Of a DNA stretch of 64,000 bases, positions 8,180 to 18,697 are shown in pieces (the first letter of the stretch is position 1; each line of letters begins with the position of its first letter). The notes below the pieces were generated by a model that had not been told where the DNA came from, searched no databases, and saw only the letters and a list, made by a program, of their open reading frames with translations. Both the position numbers and the translations under genes were made by a program. Source of the DNA: Deltaproteobacteria bacterium. GTDB taxonomy: Bacteria > Myxococcota_A > Polyangia > Fen-1088. The stretch is from the NCBI GenBank assembly GCA_033763315.1, contig JANRKS010000019.1:192001-256000 (forward strand). The letters run 5' to 3'.

Positions 8180-10066
8180 TCACTGAGCGATTTTCCGCTG
8201 TTTGAATTCAGGGGCCAGAGCCACCGTGCGGAACATGTCCTTGAGGGACCCGTTGCCGTTCAAGCTGGTCCGCAAGCGCTCAAGGGCGCAATTGTCGGTG
8301 TCGTTCTTGGTGTCTTCCCAGCGCGCAAACGTGTAGCGGAAGTAGTTGCGCGCCAAACAGGCCTGCGCCTTGCCGCTCTCGACGATGCGGTCCATCAGCT
8401 CACGCGCGCCCGATACCTCACGCTCATCCGAATCAAACACCCGTGGGATGGCCTTGGTGTTGATGTCCAGGCGGCGCAACTCTTTGCCCGTGCTGTCGAA
8501 CTGCACTTCCTGGCTGCGATGGCGCCCCAAGGCATCGAAATCCTCCGTTGCGAAGCCCAATCCGTTGATCAGGCTCTCGTGGCAGCCCTTGCACGTGGTG
8601 CCGTCTTGTTGCGTGATCAATTCAACCGCTTGGCGCGTGGTGCGGTTGGTTGTGTCAACAGGCGTGTTGCCGGCGCCGGGCGGCGGGGGAGGGATCGTGT
8701 CGCACAACACGCTGTTGCGGATGTACACGCCCTTCATGACGGGCCGTGTGTTCACCAAGCCGGTGGCCAAGAACGCCGCGCGGGTCAGGAAGCCAGGGCG
8801 TTCGCCTGCTGGCAAGGAGGGCGGATTCCCCTGGCCATTCCAAGCGGACACCCCATAGATCTTCGCCATGTCGGCTGTCTTTGCGAACGAAAGTTCGCTG
8901 GTCAACAGCTCCTTGACGCCGGCCGGTTTCTCCCAGGTGTAATACTGGAACATATCCACCGCGTCGTTGATCATGTTGGTCTTCAGCATGTTGGTGACAG
9001 CCAAGTCGCCAGCCAACGCTTTGAAGTCCTTACGTTCATTCAAGGCGTCCATGGCGGGCAGATCCTCCACCTTCAGATAATCGGTGAAGAACTCTTGCGA
9101 CGACTTGCGTGTACGAGCGTCGCCCATCAAGCGATCCACCTGTTTCTCGTACTCAACGGAATCGCTCAAAGCGCCTGACTTCGCGGACTCCCACAGTTCG
9201 TCGTCCGGCATCGATTGCAAGAAGTGATAAGAGAGGCGCGACGCCAGTTCAAACGGGCTCAGCTGGTAAAGGTTCGCCTTGTTCGCGACCGCTTTATCGC
9301 CATGCTCCACCATGTAGAGGAACTGGGGGGCCGTGAGGAAGCCCGCGATGATGTCTGCAAAGCCCGCTGGATCGATCCCTGTGGAGGTCCCGTAGAAGCC
9401 CTTATAGAAGTCGACTTCGCCGCTTTCCAAAGGACGGCGCAGAGCCCGCTCTCCGAACTTCTTCACGAAGTCAGTGATGCAGGTGGCGTCGTTGGCGGCG
9501 TTGGCGTCTGTTGCGCAGGCGCCGGCCAACTTGGCCAGCCGCGCCGATTGGCTCAGCTGTGCACCGATCTGTGTGGCCACGTCGTAAGTGACGTCCACAT
9601 GGGATTGCTGCAAATCTTGGTCTAGCTGGCGGTAGCTGCCGTGCAGGTCTTGAGAGTTTCGCTCGCGTTCTTCGGCCGGGAACTTGGCCACAGCCGTTGA
9701 TACCGCGCTCCAGACCTTCATCGCCTCAGCGTCGTCACCCAGGGCCTTCGCCATCAGGTCACGTACGGTGTTCTTGTATTGCGTGGCGGTCAGTTTTCGG
9801 AGGCCTACGGCGTCCGGAACGGCGTCCTTGTCACAGGAAAACGAAGGAGGCGTACCGATGACTTTGCCGGTGTCATCGACAACGTCTGGAGGCTTGCCGC
9901 CCTCTCCAGTTGAGCCACCGTCGCCGCCGCCTTCGCCCCCGTTGTCTGAGTTGGAACTCGGACCGGCGCTGCCAACGCAACCGCCCATCAACGTTGCGCC
10001 AACCGCAACCAAGCCAAACATGCGATGCCAGGAGAACTTCCGAACTTCAACTACCGACTGCTTCAT
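8180..10066 (-). CDS. DUF1592-domain lipoprotein (DUF1587/1595/1592/1588 architecture)
   Basis: Lipobox GGC plus Gly-rich linker, LRKLTATQYKNTVRDL, RALRRPL, ELASRLSY, PDDEL, PVMKG, LC..IPPPPP, CKGCH and FDALGR. Confidence 0.88.
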   Translation of the reverse strand: MKQSVVEVRKFSWHRMFGLVAVGATLMGGCVGSAGPSSNSDNGGEGGGDGGSTGEGGKPPDVVDDTGKVIGTPPSFSCDKDAVPDAVGLRKLTATQYKNTVRDLMAKALGDDAEAMKVWSAVSTAVAKFPAEERERNSQDLHGSYRQLDQDLQQSHVDVTYDVATQIGAQLSQSARLAKLAGACATDANAANDATCITDFVKKFGERALRRPLESGEVDFYKGFYGTSTGIDPAGFADIIAGFLTAPQFLYMVEHGDKAVANKANLYQLSPFELASRLSYHFLQSMPDDELWESAKSGALSDSVEYEKQVDRLMGDARTRKSSQEFFTDYLKVEDLPAMDALNERKDFKALAGDLAVTNMLKTNMINDAVDMFQYYTWEKPAGVKELLTSELSFAKTADMAKIYGVSAWNGQGNPPSLPAGERPGFLTRAAFLATGLVNTRPVMKGVYIRNSVLCDTIPPPPPGAGNTPVDTTNRTTRQAVELITQQDGTTCKGCHESLINGLGFATEDFDALGRHRSQEVQFDSTGKELRRLDINTKAIPRVFDSDEREVSGARELMDRIVESGKAQACLARNYFRYTFARWEDTKNDTDNCALERLRTSLNGNGSLKDMFRTVALAPEFKQRKIAQ

Positions 10067-10398
10067 GGTAGCTCCTTCGCGGCCGGGACAGGGCGCGATA
10101 TCAAGGGCCTCTCGAACTACTAAACCTCTGATTTAAGTTACCGGCACACAACGGCGCCGTTAACCCCATAGTCATAACGTAGCTTATCCCCCCGGGGGCC
10201 GGGAAAACAGCGGCATATGGTCGATTTTTACGGCGATTGGACGCCCCAACGTCCTGTTTTTGCGCCCGTATAGGAGGATATAACTAATAGATATGAGATT
10301 TGTTTGTGTGGGCACATGTGGGTTTGTTAGGTTTCGTCACCAACACAACGCCCCTTACGTTTCCGGCTGCTGCAGGTTAGGTTCTCGGGCCAGTCAAC

Positions 10399-11925
10399 AT
10401 GCCCAACCGCAGTCCCCATCTTCCCAGCCGCGCCGACTTTATCGGCATGGCCAGCAAGGGCCGCCTGGGCTTCGTGTTCCGTGAGATCTTGGCTGATGCC
10501 GAGACCCCCGTGTCTGTATATGCGAAGCTCGGCCGTGGACCTTATTCCTTTCTGCTTGAAAGCGTTGTGGGCGGCGAAAAATGGGCGGCTTATAGCTTTG
10601 TGGGCGTGAAGCCGCGCCAAGTCATTAGGGCCAACAAGGGCCAAGTGGAAATCCTCGAGCCTGACGCCCATGGCGCGTTCGTGGTGCGCACGAGCCAAGC
10701 CGTTGCCAACCCCGTGGCCTTCATCGACGCCACGCTCGCTGACCTTGCGCCCGTGGTGCCTCCGGGCCTGCCGCGCTTTATTGGTGGGGCCGTGGGGTTT
10801 TTAGCCTACGACGCCGTTCGGTGGTTTGAACGCCTGCCCAACCGGGCGCCCGACGAGTTGGGGTTGCCCGACATGTGTTTTGCGATCACGGACACGGTGG
10901 TGGTGTTCGACAACTTGCGCGGCACCATCAAGGTCGTGGCATCGGCCAATCTGAGCGGGGACCCGGGCAGCGCGTGGGACGAGGCTTGCCAACGCATCGA
11001 CGATATCATCGCGACGCTCGGCCGATCAGCCGCGCCCAAGCCTTTGGATCTCACGTTCGTCACGGACGGCACATCGCCGTTGCCCGTATCGCGATCGGGT
11101 CAGGCGCTTTACGAATCGTCGATCGGCAAGATCCACGAATACATCAAGGCGGGAGACGCGTTTCAAGTGGTGCTATCGCAGCGCTTCGAGGTGCCACGGG
11201 AAGATGTGGATCCGTTCGATGTGTACCGCATTTTGAGGGTCACGAACCCGTCGCCTTACATGTTCCACCTTGAGTTTCCGGAGGCACAAGTCACGGGAGC
11301 GTCACCCGAAGCGCTGGTGCGGCTCGATGGACGTCGCGTGGAGGTGCGTCCGATCGCCGGCACCCGTCCGCGCGGCAAAACACCTGCCGAGGACAAGGCC
11401 TTCGAAGAAGAGTTGAAAGCGGATCCGAAGGAACTTGCCGAGCACGTCATGTTGATCGACCTCGGCCGCAACGACGTCGGCCGCGTCTGCGCACGGGGCA
11501 GCGTCAAAGTGGATGAAGTGATGGTGATCGAACGCTACAGCCACGTGATGCACATTGTGTCGAATGTGTCGGGCGTGCTCGACGAGGGCCAGCGGCCTGC
11601 CGATGTGATTCGCGCCGCGTTCCCCGCAGGCACGCTTTCGGGCGCACCGAAGATCCGCGCCATGCAGATCATCGATGAGCTTGAGCCTTCTCGGCGCGGC
11701 ATCTATGGCGGCGCCGTGGGTTACATCTCATATCAAGGCAATGTGGATCTCGCGATCGCCATCCGAACCTTGGTGACCAAAGGCGATAAGATCTACATTC
11801 AGGCGGGCGCGGGTGTGGTGGCCGACAGCCAACCCGCCGCCGAATACGCTGAATGTGAAAACAAGGCTAGGGCCGTGATCGTGGCCATTGAACGCGCGCG
11901 CCAAGCGCGCAAGGGAAGCAATTAA
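10399..11925 (+). CDS. trpE: Anthranilate synthase component I
   Basis: [47 protein letters not shown] and QAGAG motifs. Confidence 0.97.
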   Translation: MPNRSPHLPSRADFIGMASKGRLGFVFREILADAETPVSVYAKLGRGPYSFLLESVVGGEKWAAYSFVGVKPRQVIRANKGQVEILEPDAHGAFVVRTSQAVANPVAFIDATLADLAPVVPPGLPRFIGGAVGFLAYDAVRWFERLPNRAPDELGLPDMCFAITDTVVVFDNLRGTIKVVASANLSGDPGSAWDEACQRIDDIIATLGRSAAPKPLDLTFVTDGTSPLPVSRSGQALYESSIGKIHEYIKAGDAFQVVLSQRFEVPREDVDPFDVYRILRVTNPSPYMFHLEFPEAQVTGASPEALVRLDGRRVEVRPIAGTRPRGKTPAEDKAFEEELKADPKELAEHVMLIDLGRNDVGRVCARGSVKVDEVMVIERYSHVMHIVSNVSGVLDEGQRPADVIRAAFPAGTLSGAPKIRAMQIIDELEPSRRGIYGGAVGYISYQGNVDLAIAIRTLVTKGDKIYIQAGAGVVADSQPAAEYAECENKARAVIVAIERARQARKGSN

Positions 11926-11927
11926 AC

Positions 11928-12515
11928 GTGCTGTTGGTCATCGATAACTACGATTCGTTCACCTATAACTTGGTGCAATACCTGGCCGAGTTAGGCGAGG
12001 ACGTCAAAGTGATCCGCAACGACGAGATCGCGGCCACGGCCGTGGCGGATCTGAATCCCTCAAGGATCGTGTTGTCTCCCGGTCCGTGCACGCCGAACGA
12101 AGCCGGCATCACCTTGGATGTAATCAAGCTCTATGCGGGCAAGATTCCACTTCTGGGCGTGTGTTTGGGGCATCAAGCGATAGGCCAAGCGTTCGGCGGC
12201 GAAGTTATTCGAGCCAAGCAAGTGGTTCACGGCAAGACGTCTCGGATCTTTCACGACGAGCAGGGTGTGTTTGCTGATCTGCCCAACCCATTCGAGGCCA
12301 CGCGCTACCATTCCCTGGTGCTGCGCAAAGAATCGCTGCCGGACTGCCTGCAGGTCACGGCGAAGACGTGGGACGAAGAGATCATGGGTGTGCGCCACAA
12401 AACTTTGGCGGTCGAGGGCGTGCAATTTCACCCTGAGTCGTTTTTGACGACGGTGGGCAAGAAGCTGTTAGCAAATTTCTTGGGGAAGCCTTACACGCTG
12501 GAGGCGGGGCGTTGA
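11928..12515 (+). CDS. trpG: Anthranilate synthase component II (glutamine amidotransferase)
   Basis: [26 protein letters not shown] and QFHPES motifs. Confidence 0.96.
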   Translation: MLLVIDNYDSFTYNLVQYLAELGEDVKVIRNDEIAATAVADLNPSRIVLSPGPCTPNEAGITLDVIKLYAGKIPLLGVCLGHQAIGQAFGGEVIRAKQVVHGKTSRIFHDEQGVFADLPNPFEATRYHSLVLRKESLPDCLQVTAKTWDEEIMGVRHKTLAVEGVQFHPESFLTTVGKKLLANFLGKPYTLEAGR

Positions 12516-13549
12516 CCCCTCCTGAAGCGATCAAAAGCGCCCTTGCCTCCGTCGTGACAGGCAAGGACTTGTCGCAAGACGAGATGGCTGCGGTTGTGGG
12601 CTTGTTCATGGATGGCCACGCCACAGGTGCGCAGATCGGCTCGCTGCTGACGGCCTTACGCATGAAAGGCGAAACCGTGGATGAGGTCGTGGGGGCCGCA
12701 CTGGCGATGCGCAGCCGCATGACCCGCGTTGAGTGCGACCTGCCTGTGATGGTTGATACGTGCGGCACGGGTGGCGATGGTTCTGGATCGGTGAACGTGT
12801 CCACGTTGGCCGCGTTCGTTGTGGCCGCCTGTGGCGTGCCCGTGGCAAAACATGGCAACCGCGCGTTGTCTTCACGCTCGGGCTCGCACGACGTGATTGA
12901 AGCGTTGGGCATTAACCCAGCCCCGTCACCGGAGCTCGCGCATATCTGTTTGCGCGACGTGGGCCTCGCGTTCTTGTTCGCCCCCACGTACCACACAGCC
13001 ACCAAAGCGGTGGCCGGGGCGCGGCGCGAATTGGGTTTTCGCACGCTATTCAATTTGCTGGGACCCTTGACGAATCCGGCGGGCGCCCGCCATCACATGA
13101 ACGGTGTGTTCGCGCCTGAACGTGTGACCTTCTTGGCCGAAGCTCATCAGAAGCTCGGCGCAACGCGCGCGCTGGTTGTGCATGGGCACGGCGGCCTTGA
13201 CGAAATCGCCACCGAGGGCAAATCCTTGGTGGCCGAGTTGCGTGACGGCCTGGTGAGAACCTACGAGGTTTCCCCTGCTGATTTTGAGTTGCCAGAACAC
13301 GACGCAAAGGGCCTCCTGGGTGGGCTGCCCGACGAAAACGCGCGCTTATTGTTGGCGGCGATCGGCGGCGAGGCGGGGGCGTATCGCTCGGCCGCCGTGA
13401 TGTCGGCAGCGGCCGCGGTGTTTGTGGCCGGCAAAGCCCCGTCGCTGTCAGCGGCGGCGCGGCTTTGTGAACAAGCGATTGATTCAGGCAAGGCCATGCA
13501 GATTCTGCAAAGGTTGCGGCAAATCGCACCTTGTGTGCCACCAGCCTAA
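12512..13549 (+). CDS. trpD: Anthranilate phosphoribosyltransferase
   Basis: [29 protein letters not shown] and GLDE motifs. Confidence 0.97.
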   Translation: MTPPEAIKSALASVVTGKDLSQDEMAAVVGLFMDGHATGAQIGSLLTALRMKGETVDEVVGAALAMRSRMTRVECDLPVMVDTCGTGGDGSGSVNVSTLAAFVVAACGVPVAKHGNRALSSRSGSHDVIEALGINPAPSPELAHICLRDVGLAFLFAPTYHTATKAVAGARRELGFRTLFNLLGPLTNPAGARHHMNGVFAPERVTFLAEAHQKLGATRALVVHGHGGLDEIATEGKSLVAELRDGLVRTYEVSPADFELPEHDAKGLLGGLPDENARLLLAAIGGEAGAYRSAAVMSAAAAVFVAGKAPSLSAAARLCEQAIDSGKAMQILQRLRQIAPCVPPA

Positions 13550-13574
13550 CCAGAGTTCGGAGACAACAGCAACG

Positions 13575-14366
13575 ATGTCTGGCATCGCCATCTTGAACCA
13601 AATCATCGAGCGCACGCGCGCCGACTTGTCCGTTCGCCAAGCGGCCGTTCCGGTTGAGGCGCTGCAGGAGCGCGCGAAGCACCAGGCACCGCCGCGGCCA
13701 TTCGCCCAGGCCCTGCGCCGGTCCGGCCAAATCACGTGCATTTCTGAAGTGAAACGGCGCTCGCCCTCCGCCGGGTGGATCCGCGAAACGGCTGACGCGG
13801 TCGATGTGGCACGCCGCTACCAAGCGGGTGGGGCGGCGGCGATCTCGGTGCTCACCGACCAGCCATTTTTCGGGGGCACCCTGGACGATCTCGTGCAGGT
13901 CAAGGCGGCCGTGGACCTGCCGATACTTCGCAAGGATTTCATGATTGACCCGTACCAAGTGGTCGAAGCGCGCGCCTTTGGGGCCGACGCCATTTTGTTG
14001 ATCGTGGCGGCTTTGCCGGACGCCACAATCTCCCAATTGTTGGCGCAGGCCCACGATTTGAAGATGGACGTGCTTGTGGAAACGCACGACGAGGCAGAGA
14101 TAGCGCGCGCGCTTTCTGTAGGTGCGTCGCTTATAGGCATCAACCACCGCGATTTGCGCACCTTCGCTATGGACATGGATTTAGCTGTGCGCATGCGCTC
14201 CAAGATTCCCAACGACCGCATACTTGTGGCAGAGTCGGGCCTTAAGACCAGTGCCGATGTGGCGCGCATGAAGGCGGGCGGCATCGATGCCGTGTTGGTG
14301 GGTGAGGGCCTGATGAGACAGCAAGATCCAGGGCAAGCGCTAAGGCAACTGTTGGAAGCCGCATGA
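13575..14366 (+). CDS. trpC: Indole-3-glycerol phosphate synthase
   Basis: EVKRRSPS, SVLTD, LRKDF, GINHRDL, AESG and LVGE motifs. Start set at ATG 13575. Confidence 0.96.
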   Translation: MSGIAILNQIIERTRADLSVRQAAVPVEALQERAKHQAPPRPFAQALRRSGQITCISEVKRRSPSAGWIRETADAVDVARRYQAGGAAAISVLTDQPFFGGTLDDLVQVKAAVDLPILRKDFMIDPYQVVEARAFGADAILLIVAALPDATISQLLAQAHDLKMDVLVETHDEAEIARALSVGASLIGINHRDLRTFAMDMDLAVRMRSKIPNDRILVAESGLKTSADVARMKAGGIDAVLVGEGLMRQQDPGQALRQLLEAA

Positions 14367-14998
14367 GTTTTCTCATCAAGGTTTGCGGCGTCACGCGCCC
14401 TGAAGACGCGGAATTGGCGGTGTCCTTGAAGGTGGACGCCATTGGCCTCAATTTTTGGCGGGGCTCAAAGCGCTATGTCAACGACGATCTGGCCAAGGAG
14501 ATCTTGTCGACCGTGCCAGCCAATGTGTTGAAGGTGGGTGTTTTCGTGAACGCGCACCCATTGGTGGTCGAAGAAACGTTGGCCGACCTTAAGTTGGATC
14601 GCGTGCAGTTGCACGGCGACGAGCGCGTGGCCGATTGGGCTCACATTGGTAGCCGCAAACTCATCCGCGCCTTACGCGTGCATGATGAAGCGTCGCTCAA
14701 GGAGGGCCTCGTTTGGGACGCGAGTCTGTATATTTGCGACGCCTATAGCGAATCATTCGGTGGGTCGGGCAAAGTGGCCCCGTGGCCGCTGATTGCGGAT
14801 CTGGCGCCACGTCCGTTCTTGTTGGCGGGTGGCCTCACGGCTGAAACCGTGGTGGAAGGGATGAAGGCCACGCGGCCCAACGGCGTTGATGTGGCCAGCG
14901 GCATCGAAACAGGTGAGCCCGGCGTCAAAGATCACGCGAAAATGCGGCAGTTTGTGGAGATCGCGCGCGAGGCATCTCGCACGCTGGGGCTGCGCTAA
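14363..14998 (+). CDS. trpF: Phosphoribosylanthranilate isomerase
   Basis: KVCG, QLHGDE, GGSG, LAGGL and GVDVASGIE motifs. ATGA overlap with trpC. Confidence 0.96.
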   Translation: MSFLIKVCGVTRPEDAELAVSLKVDAIGLNFWRGSKRYVNDDLAKEILSTVPANVLKVGVFVNAHPLVVEETLADLKLDRVQLHGDERVADWAHIGSRKLIRALRVHDEASLKEGLVWDASLYICDAYSESFGGSGKVAPWPLIADLAPRPFLLAGGLTAETVVEGMKATRPNGVDVASGIETGEPGVKDHAKMRQFVEIAREASRTLGLR

Positions 14999-15013
14999 GC
15001 TTCGCGTTCGTGG

Positions 15014-15649
15014 CTACGTCATGATCACGCGGCCCGAGGGCCCACGGCCTTCGCGCAACACCTGAATCCAGTCATCCACCAAACTGACCACAGTTGAGGG
15101 CGGTCCCGACAAAGAGCCCGCGTCGAGAATTAGGTCCAACTCGTTGCCGTATTCGGCGCGGATTTCATCAGCCGTGGTCAGCACCTGGCCGTCACGCGAC
15201 TTGGCTGTGGCCGTCAAGATCGGGCGGCCGAGCGCCCACAGCAGCTTCTCGCACAACGGGTAATCAGGAATGCGGATGCCGATCGTGTTGCGCTCTGGAT
15301 TGAGGTAGGGATTTGGCACCCGCGGCGACGCGTTCAGTTCGACACAATACGGACCCGGAAAGATGCGGTTCAAAACCCGGTAGCCATTGCCGGTGATCTT
15401 CGCCCAACGTGCCACTTCGCCCAGATCAGGCAACAAGAAGGTGAGCGGCCGCCGAACCGCATCGATGCCTCGCATGGCGTGTATGCGGTCAATGGCTTCG
15501 GTGCTGCCCAAGGCGCAACCGATGCCATAAAGCGTGTCGGTGGGCAACGCAATCACGCCACCGCCGTCCAAGACCTTCACAGCCTCAGCCACCACTTCCT
15601 CCCCAGGAGAATAGGGAGCAACCTCCAAAACAGACGCCACGATGCTCAT
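15014..15649 (-). CDS. Sua5/YciO/YrdC family protein (threonylcarbamoyl-AMP synthase-like)
   Basis: PTDTLYG, PGPY, GIRIP, PSTVV and LREGRG motifs. Confidence 0.88.
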   Translation of the reverse strand: MSIVASVLEVAPYSPGEEVVAEAVKVLDGGGVIALPTDTLYGIGCALGSTEAIDRIHAMRGIDAVRRPLTFLLPDLGEVARWAKITGNGYRVLNRIFPGPYCVELNASPRVPNPYLNPERNTIGIRIPDYPLCEKLLWALGRPILTATAKSRDGQVLTTADEIRAEYGNELDLILDAGSLSGPPSTVVSLVDDWIQVLREGRGPSGRVIMT

Positions 15650-15777
15650 AAGCTCACAAACACGTTTTCAATGCCACCAGAGTCCGGCGCGTCTTATCCG
15701 ATGAGGTTCGCAGAGGCAAGTACGGATGCCGCCTGGTGTGGAATTTGTTTCGGCGCCCCTAAGCGCTGCTAAGGTTT

Positions 15778-17763
15778 GTGTGGCCTATGTCGCTTTGGGC
15801 GATCCTTTCCTTCTTGCGTTTGGTCACCTGGGGCGCTGTGCCGCCGCCGGCCCCGGTTGAGAGCGCGGCGACCGCTGTTACGATTGACGGGCCGCTGGCG
15901 CATGTAACCGTGGATCGCGTTGTGTCGTTGGCCAGCCTCAGGGTGCCGAACACGGGGGGGATGTCGGCTTTCGATTATGCGTTGCCCGCCAACGCTCGGG
16001 CCGTTGCCATCGAGGTGGCCGATGCCGAGTCCGGCGCGCCGGCGACGAACTGGTCCAAGGAGGCGGACCGCCCGCCGGAAGGCGCCCAAAAGATCCCCAC
16101 TGATCCGTCTTCCACGTTTCGGCTGGTGTTCCAAGGAGGAAACGGCCGTACGTATGTGCACGTTCGTTATTCTTATGATTTACCGCTCGATTGTGATGCG
16201 GGCCGGTGGCACTTCACGTTGCCGGGAGCCACTGACCTTGCGCCCCTGGGAGGGCCGTTACGGCTAGACGTGCGCCTGCCTACGCCGCTGCGCTTGCATG
16301 CCACGCAGGTGGGCGGCCAACGCAGCGATGTGGGCGGGGCCGCGCGGTGGCGTGGCGAAAGCCTTCTTGGCCCGCAGACCTCAACCGATGTGTGGCTTGA
16401 GCTTGTACAGCCACGCGGCACAAACCCCGGTCTCGCCCAAGCCCTGGCTCTTGCGTCGTCGCTTGGACTTTGCAGGGCGCCGGCACCGCCCCCCGTGACC
16501 AAAGCCGCGGTTGTAATGGTGGTGGTGGATTTATCTCGCAGTGTTGGTGCCGTGGGGCTTTCACATGAGCGCGAGGTCGTACGCTCATTTTTGGCGGGTC
16601 TTTCGCCCGACACGCTGTTCAACGTTGTTATGTTCCACCGGCACGCTTCGCCCCTGTTTCCGCTCGCGCGGCTGGTGACCAAGGAGACGCTGGCCATGGT
16701 GGACACCGCGCTCGTTCCCGATCGCTTGGACAACGGCAGCGACGTGGTGGCTGGCCTGCAGGTGGCCCGGCAGCAGCTGGAGGCCGAACAGAAGGAGGAT
16801 CCGCAGCGTGGCGGGCTGCTCTTGCTGGTCACTGATGGCTCACTGCCGGAGACGCTGCGTGCGGCTTCCCTGCGCGCCGTGGCGCCGGCTGTGCCCACCG
16901 CGGTGGCCTTGGTGCGCCCCGATAGCGATGAGGTGGCTCCGACAGTAGCGCAAGCGCTTCTGAGGCAACTGCCCGCACTGGCAGGAGGCGTGTTTCGCTC
17001 AGTGACACCGCCCAAGGTCGCGCTGCAAGCTCGCGCGATGGCTTCCGCCCTCGCCGTGGGCGACTGGTTCGACCTGCGTTGGGGGGAAACATCGGTGGCA
17101 CCGGTGTTGGCACCGGGGCAGGGCCTGCAGGTGCAGGTGGCGCAGCCGCGCAACCGCACGGCCCCCCAGCTCACGTATGTTCATGGTGGCAAGACGTACG
17201 TTGTGGACGTGGCCACCGCACGGCCGTCCCAGCGTAAGGCGGATGCCTCTGTTGGTGGTGCCGCTTCGACCCAATTGCCCTCGGGCGTTCAGGTATACCG
17301 GTACCCGCTGGCGCCGCCGGACGAGGCGGTGTTGGAGAAAGGCGAGTTGGAGCGCTCCGTTCTGCGCAACGCTTTGTCGTTGGCCTACCTGCCACGGGCC
17401 CGCGCCTGTTACCTCAACCGAACGGCCCGGGACGCGCGAAGCCGGGACCTTGCAGGTCGTGTGAGGCTTTCGCTAGAGATCGAACGGGGCGAGTTGCTGT
17501 CGGCCACGGTGATTTCGTCGACGCTCGGCACACCCGATATTGAACGCTGCCTTGTAGAAAATGCTTATGCCCTCATTCTGCCAAGGCCGTCACGGCGGGA
17601 CGCTTCGGTGCAGGCACTTTTGAACCTGGTGTTCCGGCCTTCGCCGCCCGAAGGCCCCCCGGACGGAGGCGCTTCTGTGCTCGACCAAGAAATTGAGATC
17701 CTGCTTGGCCCGCGCCGTGTGCTAGACCCCGCCAACCCGGGTGCTTCATTGCCTGGGATCTGA
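15778..17763 (+). CDS. Exported VWA-domain protein with an AgmX/PglI (TonB-C-like) C-terminal domain
   Basis: MIDAS-like DLSRS, FNVVMF and TDG. The C-terminus reads RACY...LAGRVRLSLEI...STLG..IERCL. The start is uncertain (15778 or 15787). Confidence 0.7.
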   Translation: MWPMSLWAILSFLRLVTWGAVPPPAPVESAATAVTIDGPLAHVTVDRVVSLASLRVPNTGGMSAFDYALPANARAVAIEVADAESGAPATNWSKEADRPPEGAQKIPTDPSSTFRLVFQGGNGRTYVHVRYSYDLPLDCDAGRWHFTLPGATDLAPLGGPLRLDVRLPTPLRLHATQVGGQRSDVGGAARWRGESLLGPQTSTDVWLELVQPRGTNPGLAQALALASSLGLCRAPAPPPVTKAAVVMVVVDLSRSVGAVGLSHEREVVRSFLAGLSPDTLFNVVMFHRHASPLFPLARLVTKETLAMVDTALVPDRLDNGSDVVAGLQVARQQLEAEQKEDPQRGGLLLLVTDGSLPETLRAASLRAVAPAVPTAVALVRPDSDEVAPTVAQALLRQLPALAGGVFRSVTPPKVALQARAMASALAVGDWFDLRWGETSVAPVLAPGQGLQVQVAQPRNRTAPQLTYVHGGKTYVVDVATARPSQRKADASVGGAASTQLPSGVQVYRYPLAPPDEAVLEKGELERSVLRNALSLAYLPRARACYLNRTARDARSRDLAGRVRLSLEIERGELLSATVISSTLGTPDIERCLVENAYALILPRPSRRDASVQALLNLVFRPSPPEGPPDGGASVLDQEIEILLGPRRVLDPANPGASLPGI

Positions 17764-17767
17764 ACGC

Positions 17768-17796
17768 TTGACGGCCGGGGGCACGGGGACTATAAC
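17768..17796 (+). promoter_or_regulatory. Sigma70-type promoter for rplC
   Basis: TTGACG-17 nt-TATAAC, about 50 nt upstream of the rplC ATG. Confidence 0.75.
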
Positions 17797-17845
17797 TTGC
17801 CGCCCTTACGGCACTTTCGCATTTCGTCCGGGAGATTTCTGAGCA

Positions 17846-18613
17846 ATGTCGCTGAAGATGGGCCTGTTAGGCCGCAAAGTTGGAATGACCCAGGTTTTCT
17901 GGGAAGACGGCACCGCGCTTGGCTGCACGGTTCTTGAGCTTGGTCCCTGTGTGGTGACCGAGGTGCGCAGCCAAGACAAAGACGGCTACTCTGCCGTTGC
18001 ACTGGGATTGGGCGCCAAGCCAGATCGCCTCCTGAATCGCCCGGAGCAAGGCCGCTTGAAGGCGTTGCAGGCCAAAGCCGGTGAGGACAAGAAGGTTGAA
18101 AACTTGCCTCGCACCGTGCGCGAACTGCGTTTGAACCCTGCCGATGCGTCGAAATACGCCGTCGGCAGCGTGCTCTCCGCCAAGGACGTCTTCAAAGAGG
18201 GCGACGTGGTTGACATCACGGGCAACAGCAAGGGCAAAGGCTACCAGGGCGTTATGAAGCGCCACAACATGGAGGGCTTCCGCGCCACCCACGGTACGCA
18301 CGAGTTCTTCCGCCACGGTGGTTCGATCGGTTGCCGTTTGACGCCAGGTCGCGTTCACAAGGGCAAACGCATGTCGGGCCGCATGGGCAATGAAACCTGC
18401 ACGACTGCCAACTTGGTTGTCGTCAAGGTGCTCGAAGATCAGAACGTCGTGCTCGTGAAGGGCTCCGTTCCTGGTCCCGCCAATGGTTTGGTCTTGGTCA
18501 AGGGCAGCATGAAGGACGTCAAGCGCGTCGCTGTGAAGGGCCCTGTAAAGGAGACCGAGTCGAAGAACCCAATGAAGGCCTCCAAGAAGGGCGCTCCTTC
18601 AAAGAAGAAGTAG
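17846..18613 (+). CDS. rplC: 50S ribosomal protein L3
   Basis: GRKVGMTQ, DGYSAV, SKGKGYQGVMKRHN, THG, GSIG, PGRV.KGKRMSG.MG and KGSVPG motifs. Confidence 0.97.
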   Translation: MSLKMGLLGRKVGMTQVFWEDGTALGCTVLELGPCVVTEVRSQDKDGYSAVALGLGAKPDRLLNRPEQGRLKALQAKAGEDKKVENLPRTVRELRLNPADASKYAVGSVLSAKDVFKEGDVVDITGNSKGKGYQGVMKRHNMEGFRATHGTHEFFRHGGSIGCRLTPGRVHKGKRMSGRMGNETCTTANLVVVKVLEDQNVVLVKGSVPGPANGLVLVKGSMKDVKRVAVKGPVKETESKNPMKASKKGAPSKKK

Positions 18614-18646
18614 CCTCCGCAAGATTGGCCCTTGGTTCGGCCTTGT

Positions 18647-18672
18647 CAAAGCCCGCGGCAACGCGGGCTTTG
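18647..18672 (+). terminator. Stem-loop or terminator after rplC
   Basis: CAAAGCCCGCG-GCAA-CGCGGGCTTTG, a perfect 11-bp stem with a GNRA loop and a weak U tail. Confidence 0.65.
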
Positions 18673-18697
18673 GCGTTTCTGGTAGAAAACAAAGCAC

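Noticed and set aside
8135-9178. 347-aa plus-strand ORF and similar antisense ORFs (26496-27725, 21142-22173, 38166-39383)
   Set aside because: Each lies opposite a gene with clear family motifs and has none of its own.
10200-10398. Possible trp attenuator leader peptide
   Set aside because: The short ORFs here (MVDFYGDWTPQRPVFAPV, MWVC) have only one Trp codon each, and I found no terminator/antiterminator pair.
10399-14998. trpB and trpA missing from the trp cluster
   Set aside because: Split trp operons are common, so this is uninformative without the rest of the genome.
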